The notes below the pieces were generated by a model that did no database searches, was not told where the DNA came from, and worked only from the letters and a program-made list of their open reading frames with translations. The position numbers were made by a program, and so were the translations under genes. DNA of 27,437 bases. Origin: a virus (lineage: Duplodnaviria; Caudoviricetes). Every line of letters begins with the position of its first letter. Within the stretch, counting starts at the first letter, position 1. Shown here one piece after another: positions 25,339-27,437 of the stretch. Where the stretch lies: positions 1 to 27,437 of IMG/VR virus record IMGVR_UViG_3300020045_002449, one strand, 5' to 3'.

Positions 25339-25486
25339 CTACATACAAGGGAAAGAAACAGAACACCACTCGCTGTTAGAAAGGCCACTAGCGGGGAAGC
25401 TAGGGAGGCTCCTTAACAACAGAAGTCAGTGTGGAGCACCCAACAAGGCCAACAACAAGGAGGCTGAGGAAAGAGCGGCGCATCAT
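25339..25486 (-). CDS. Small lipoprotein: 28 aa to TAG at 25402-25400, or 48 aa via a +1 shift at CCC-TAG
   Basis: MMRRSFLSLLVVGLVGC has a basic N-terminus, a hydrophobic core and lipobox LVGC. ATGA coupling with the upstream gene. Confidence 0.6.
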
Positions 25487-25788
25487 TTGATAAGCTCCAC
25501 CGATTTGAGTTCACCGGCTTCACCATCAAAGATAAATTTGACGTTAGGAACAGAGGCCTCCGTGGTGATAAAGCACAGGTAGTCTGCGGAAGGATTAGAC
25601 CCTTTCTTCACATACCTTGTATATACCACATCCGGCTTTGGCTCAGGTTTGATTCGGTATTGAATGTCCGTATTCCACCCCGGCCAAGTGGTGTCTGTCC
25701 AATCCAACTTCTCAGGTAGTTTGGCCTGTATTTGCTCACCATCAGCCCATGCTTTGATTATAGCAGCATGTTTGTGTGGAGTTTTCAT
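25483..25788 (-). CDS. Hypothetical protein (101 aa, KHAAIIKAWADG...YRIKP type)
   Basis: AGGA SD before ATG 25788; motif pattern resembles small phage hypothetical proteins. Confidence 0.75.
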   Translation of the reverse strand: MKTPHKHAAIIKAWADGEQIQAKLPEKLDWTDTTWPGWNTDIQYRIKPEPKPDVVYTRYVKKGSNPSADYLCFITTEASVPNVKFIFDGEAGELKSVELIK

Positions 25789-25789
25789 G

Positions 25790-25858
25790 TTAGTTCCTAA
25801 CGGCAAGATATGCCAACAATACAAAGATGATAGCTACAGTTAACTTCAAATCTTGCAT
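25790..25858 (-). CDS. Transmembrane micro-peptide (22 aa, MQDLKLTVAIIFVLLAYLAVRN)
   Basis: Hydrophobic core; overlaps the upstream ORF and ends 1 nt before the next ATG. Confidence 0.45.
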   Translation of the reverse strand: MQDLKLTVAIIFVLLAYLAVRN

Positions 25859-25995
25859 GCTATGTTTCTAACACAGTTAGTTGCATGCACAGTGGGGTAC
25901 TTGTAGTTAATCAACAATGCACGACTCAAACCCGCATTGGGAAACCATGCCGTGCGAAAGTCAAAGTCCAACAGGACAACAGCAGAGTGTTTCAT
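25846..25995 (-). CDS. Small hypothetical protein (49 aa, MKHSAVVLLDFDFRTAW...)
   Basis: TAAGGA SD and ATGA coupling. Confidence 0.55.
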   Translation of the reverse strand: MKHSAVVLLDFDFRTAWFPNAGLSRALLINYKYPTVHATNCVRNIACKI

Positions 25996-26123
25996 TTGGA
26001 GTCCTTATGCAATTCCGCCCGGCGAGCATTCATGGCATTCCACATGGAAGCATGCTTGCTAGGCTTTTGCTTTGGTGTAGGGGCTTGGGTGGAAGATGAG
26101 CGGATGTTTTGAGATGTTTGCAT
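25992..26123 (-). CDS. Small basic hypothetical protein (43 aa, MQTSQNIRSSS...)
   Basis: GGAG SD 6 nt before ATG. Confidence 0.55.
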   Translation of the reverse strand: MQTSQNIRSSSTQAPTPKQKPSKHASMWNAMNARRAELHKDSK

Positions 26124-26266
26124 GATGAACTCCAAATAGGCAAGATTGCCTCACAACAGTACTAATCTAATACTGTTGTAAAGTTGCTTGGTTGTGGACC
26201 AGTTGTGAGCCAATGTTGATAGACCCGTCGTTATCACTCCGGGTCCGAGGACCTTCGCTGTACTTG

Positions 26267-26386
26267 CTACAGCTCACCTCCTGCACAGTACATGGCAACG
26301 TCGTCATTGATTGCAACATCCCCAATGTAAGGGGAATCCACATAAGCACGGATGAAGGCAGGATTGAAGTTATTAAGAGAATACAT
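26267..26386 (-). CDS. Small hypothetical protein (39 aa, MYSLNNFNPAFIRAYVDSP...)
   Basis: AAAGGT SD before ATG 26386. Confidence 0.5.
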   Translation of the reverse strand: MYSLNNFNPAFIRAYVDSPYIGDVAINDDVAMYCAGGEL

Positions 26387-26440
26387 ATAAACCTTTCAAG
26401 TTTCTAATAGTGTTAGAAACGTATAAAACAATAGGCGTAG

Positions 26441-26465
26441 AAAAGCCCGCTAGTTAGGCGGGCTT
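26441..26465 (-). terminator. Rho-independent terminator
   Basis: Minus strand AAGCCCGC-CTAACTA-GCGGGCTTTTCT, downstream of the 282-aa gene. Confidence 0.82.
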
Positions 26466-26525
26466 ATTTGATAAGTTAATTTATGTTACAGCATAATCTA
26501 ACAGTATTAGTTATTTCTAACTAAG

Positions 26526-27374
26526 TTACACCACTGCCTCATCGTTGTGGGTAAGGTTAGCATGGCGGGCATGCTTAGTAGCAAGGTAGGCACGGTCGGA
26601 GATTGCCTGTGCCTGTTCTTGGACACTGGGTGCAGGTACACGCTGCATAGCTGGCTTGCAGGCTTCCGTAATCTCCACATTGCCAATAGCATCTGTAAGG
26701 GCTTCCAAAGCATTTGCGTGTTGCAGCTCATAAGTGGAAAGCATGGATTTCAGTGCTGCAATGGCTGTAGCAAAGTCACCCATTTTATCTGCGTCCGCCG
26801 TTTGAAGCTCTGCACTGATTTTCACCAGTTTACCAGCAATGCCTTCAGCAACATGTGCGGGTTTGTCCAGATTCTCCAGAATCTTCTTGATAGCAGCAAC
26901 GGTAAGAAGCTGACCATTGTCACACTCTGGCAACTTGCCACAATGGGCAAAATAGCGGGTAACAAAAGTCTTAGCCACGGCGTAGCTACCGGCTGCCTTA
27001 AGGTCACCAGCCCACAATTGCCATTGGGTCTCAATGGTTGCGGGCTTGGCACCCTTATCAGCATGGTAAGCAGTAAACACCGGCTTAAAATACTCGATTT
27101 CAAGCTCACGAATAGCGGCTTTCAATTCATTGGGAATGGCCTCATTGATAGGCGTAACGCCCTTGTAGCCATCCAGACGGGGGCTCTGGAGGATGTCATT
27201 CAGAGCAGAGATGGCGGCTTGAGACGCTGACTTATCAGCCTTGAAACCACGGTCCAGAGCTTTCATGGCGTCAACGGGGGCCATTGCTCCAAAGGTGGGC
27301 ATGGTTTCGGCCTTACCCTTGGAATCGACAAAAACGACGGCATTGGCAGAGAAAGAAACTTCAAACTTGGACAT
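26526..27374 (-). CDS. Early hypothetical protein (282 aa, Ala-rich helical)
   Basis: AGGGG SD, ATG and its own terminator; no recognisable motif. Confidence 0.8.
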   Translation of the reverse strand: MSKFEVSFSANAVVFVDSKGKAETMPTFGAMAPVDAMKALDRGFKADKSASQAAISALNDILQSPRLDGYKGVTPINEAIPNELKAAIRELEIEYFKPVFTAYHADKGAKPATIETQWQLWAGDLKAAGSYAVAKTFVTRYFAHCGKLPECDNGQLLTVAAIKKILENLDKPAHVAEGIAGKLVKISAELQTADADKMGDFATAIAALKSMLSTYELQHANALEALTDAIGNVEITEACKPAMQRVPAPSVQEQAQAISDRAYLATKHARHANLTHNDEAVV

Positions 27375-27437
27375 AATTAACCCCTATGGATGTAGTCACA
27401 TTGCACACTATTGCACAAGCATACTAACCCCTACAGC

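Larger units (their letters stand above)
25868..26529. promoter_or_regulatory. Repeated palindromic CTAA-N5-TTAG boxes (operator-like)
   Basis: Exact matches at 25868-25880, 26404-26416 and 26498-26510; near matches at 26167-26179 and 26517-26529. Confidence 0.5.

Noticed and set aside
26547-27230. 227-aa plus-strand ORF
   Set aside because: Antisense to the 282-aa gene, which has an SD and terminator in the arm's orientation.
27378-27433. Short direct repeats TAACCCCTA x2 and ATTGCACA x2 at the right edge
   Set aside because: Too short and cut by the window edge. One copy is simply the SD of the 282-aa gene, so no function can be supported.
1-27437. tRNA, CRISPR array, integrase, phage RNA polymerase
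   Set aside because: No cloverleaf, repeat-spacer array or corresponding protein motifs were seen by eye. They could lie outside the window.

Overview
This window is part of a lytic-looking dsDNA tailed phage genome with a podovirus-like layout. It resembles SIO1/cobavirus/PA11/LUZ24/phiEco32-type phages; that assignment is inferred from gene content, not from a search. Two convergent arms meet at a bidirectional terminator (4385-4427). The + arm carries the 3' part of a large virion/ejection-type protein and a GH24 endolysin. The - arm, in transcription order, carries early small ORFs, a tightly coupled seven-gene peptide/amide-ligase cluster (class I GATase, COOH-NH2 ligase type 2, unknown, amidoligase, class II GATase, ATP-grasp, unknown), primase, helicase and a family A DNA polymerase. 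It then continues with HNH endonucleases, an SSB-like protein, a 5'-3' exonuclease and a nucleotide-metabolism block (metallophosphoesterase, ThyX, DUF3310, MazG, class II RNR). The polymerase is split into two genes. Its N-terminal gene is also interrupted by a 695-nt group I intron that carries an HNH ORF and leaves a 19-codon second exon. Further oddities read from the sequence are two apparent AUU start codons, a prfB-like +1 frameshift site in an unannotated lipoprotein gene, a long ORF overlapping the primase, and repeated CTAA-N5-TTAG boxes in the early region. No tRNA, rRNA, CRISPR array, integrase or RNA polymerase gene was seen.
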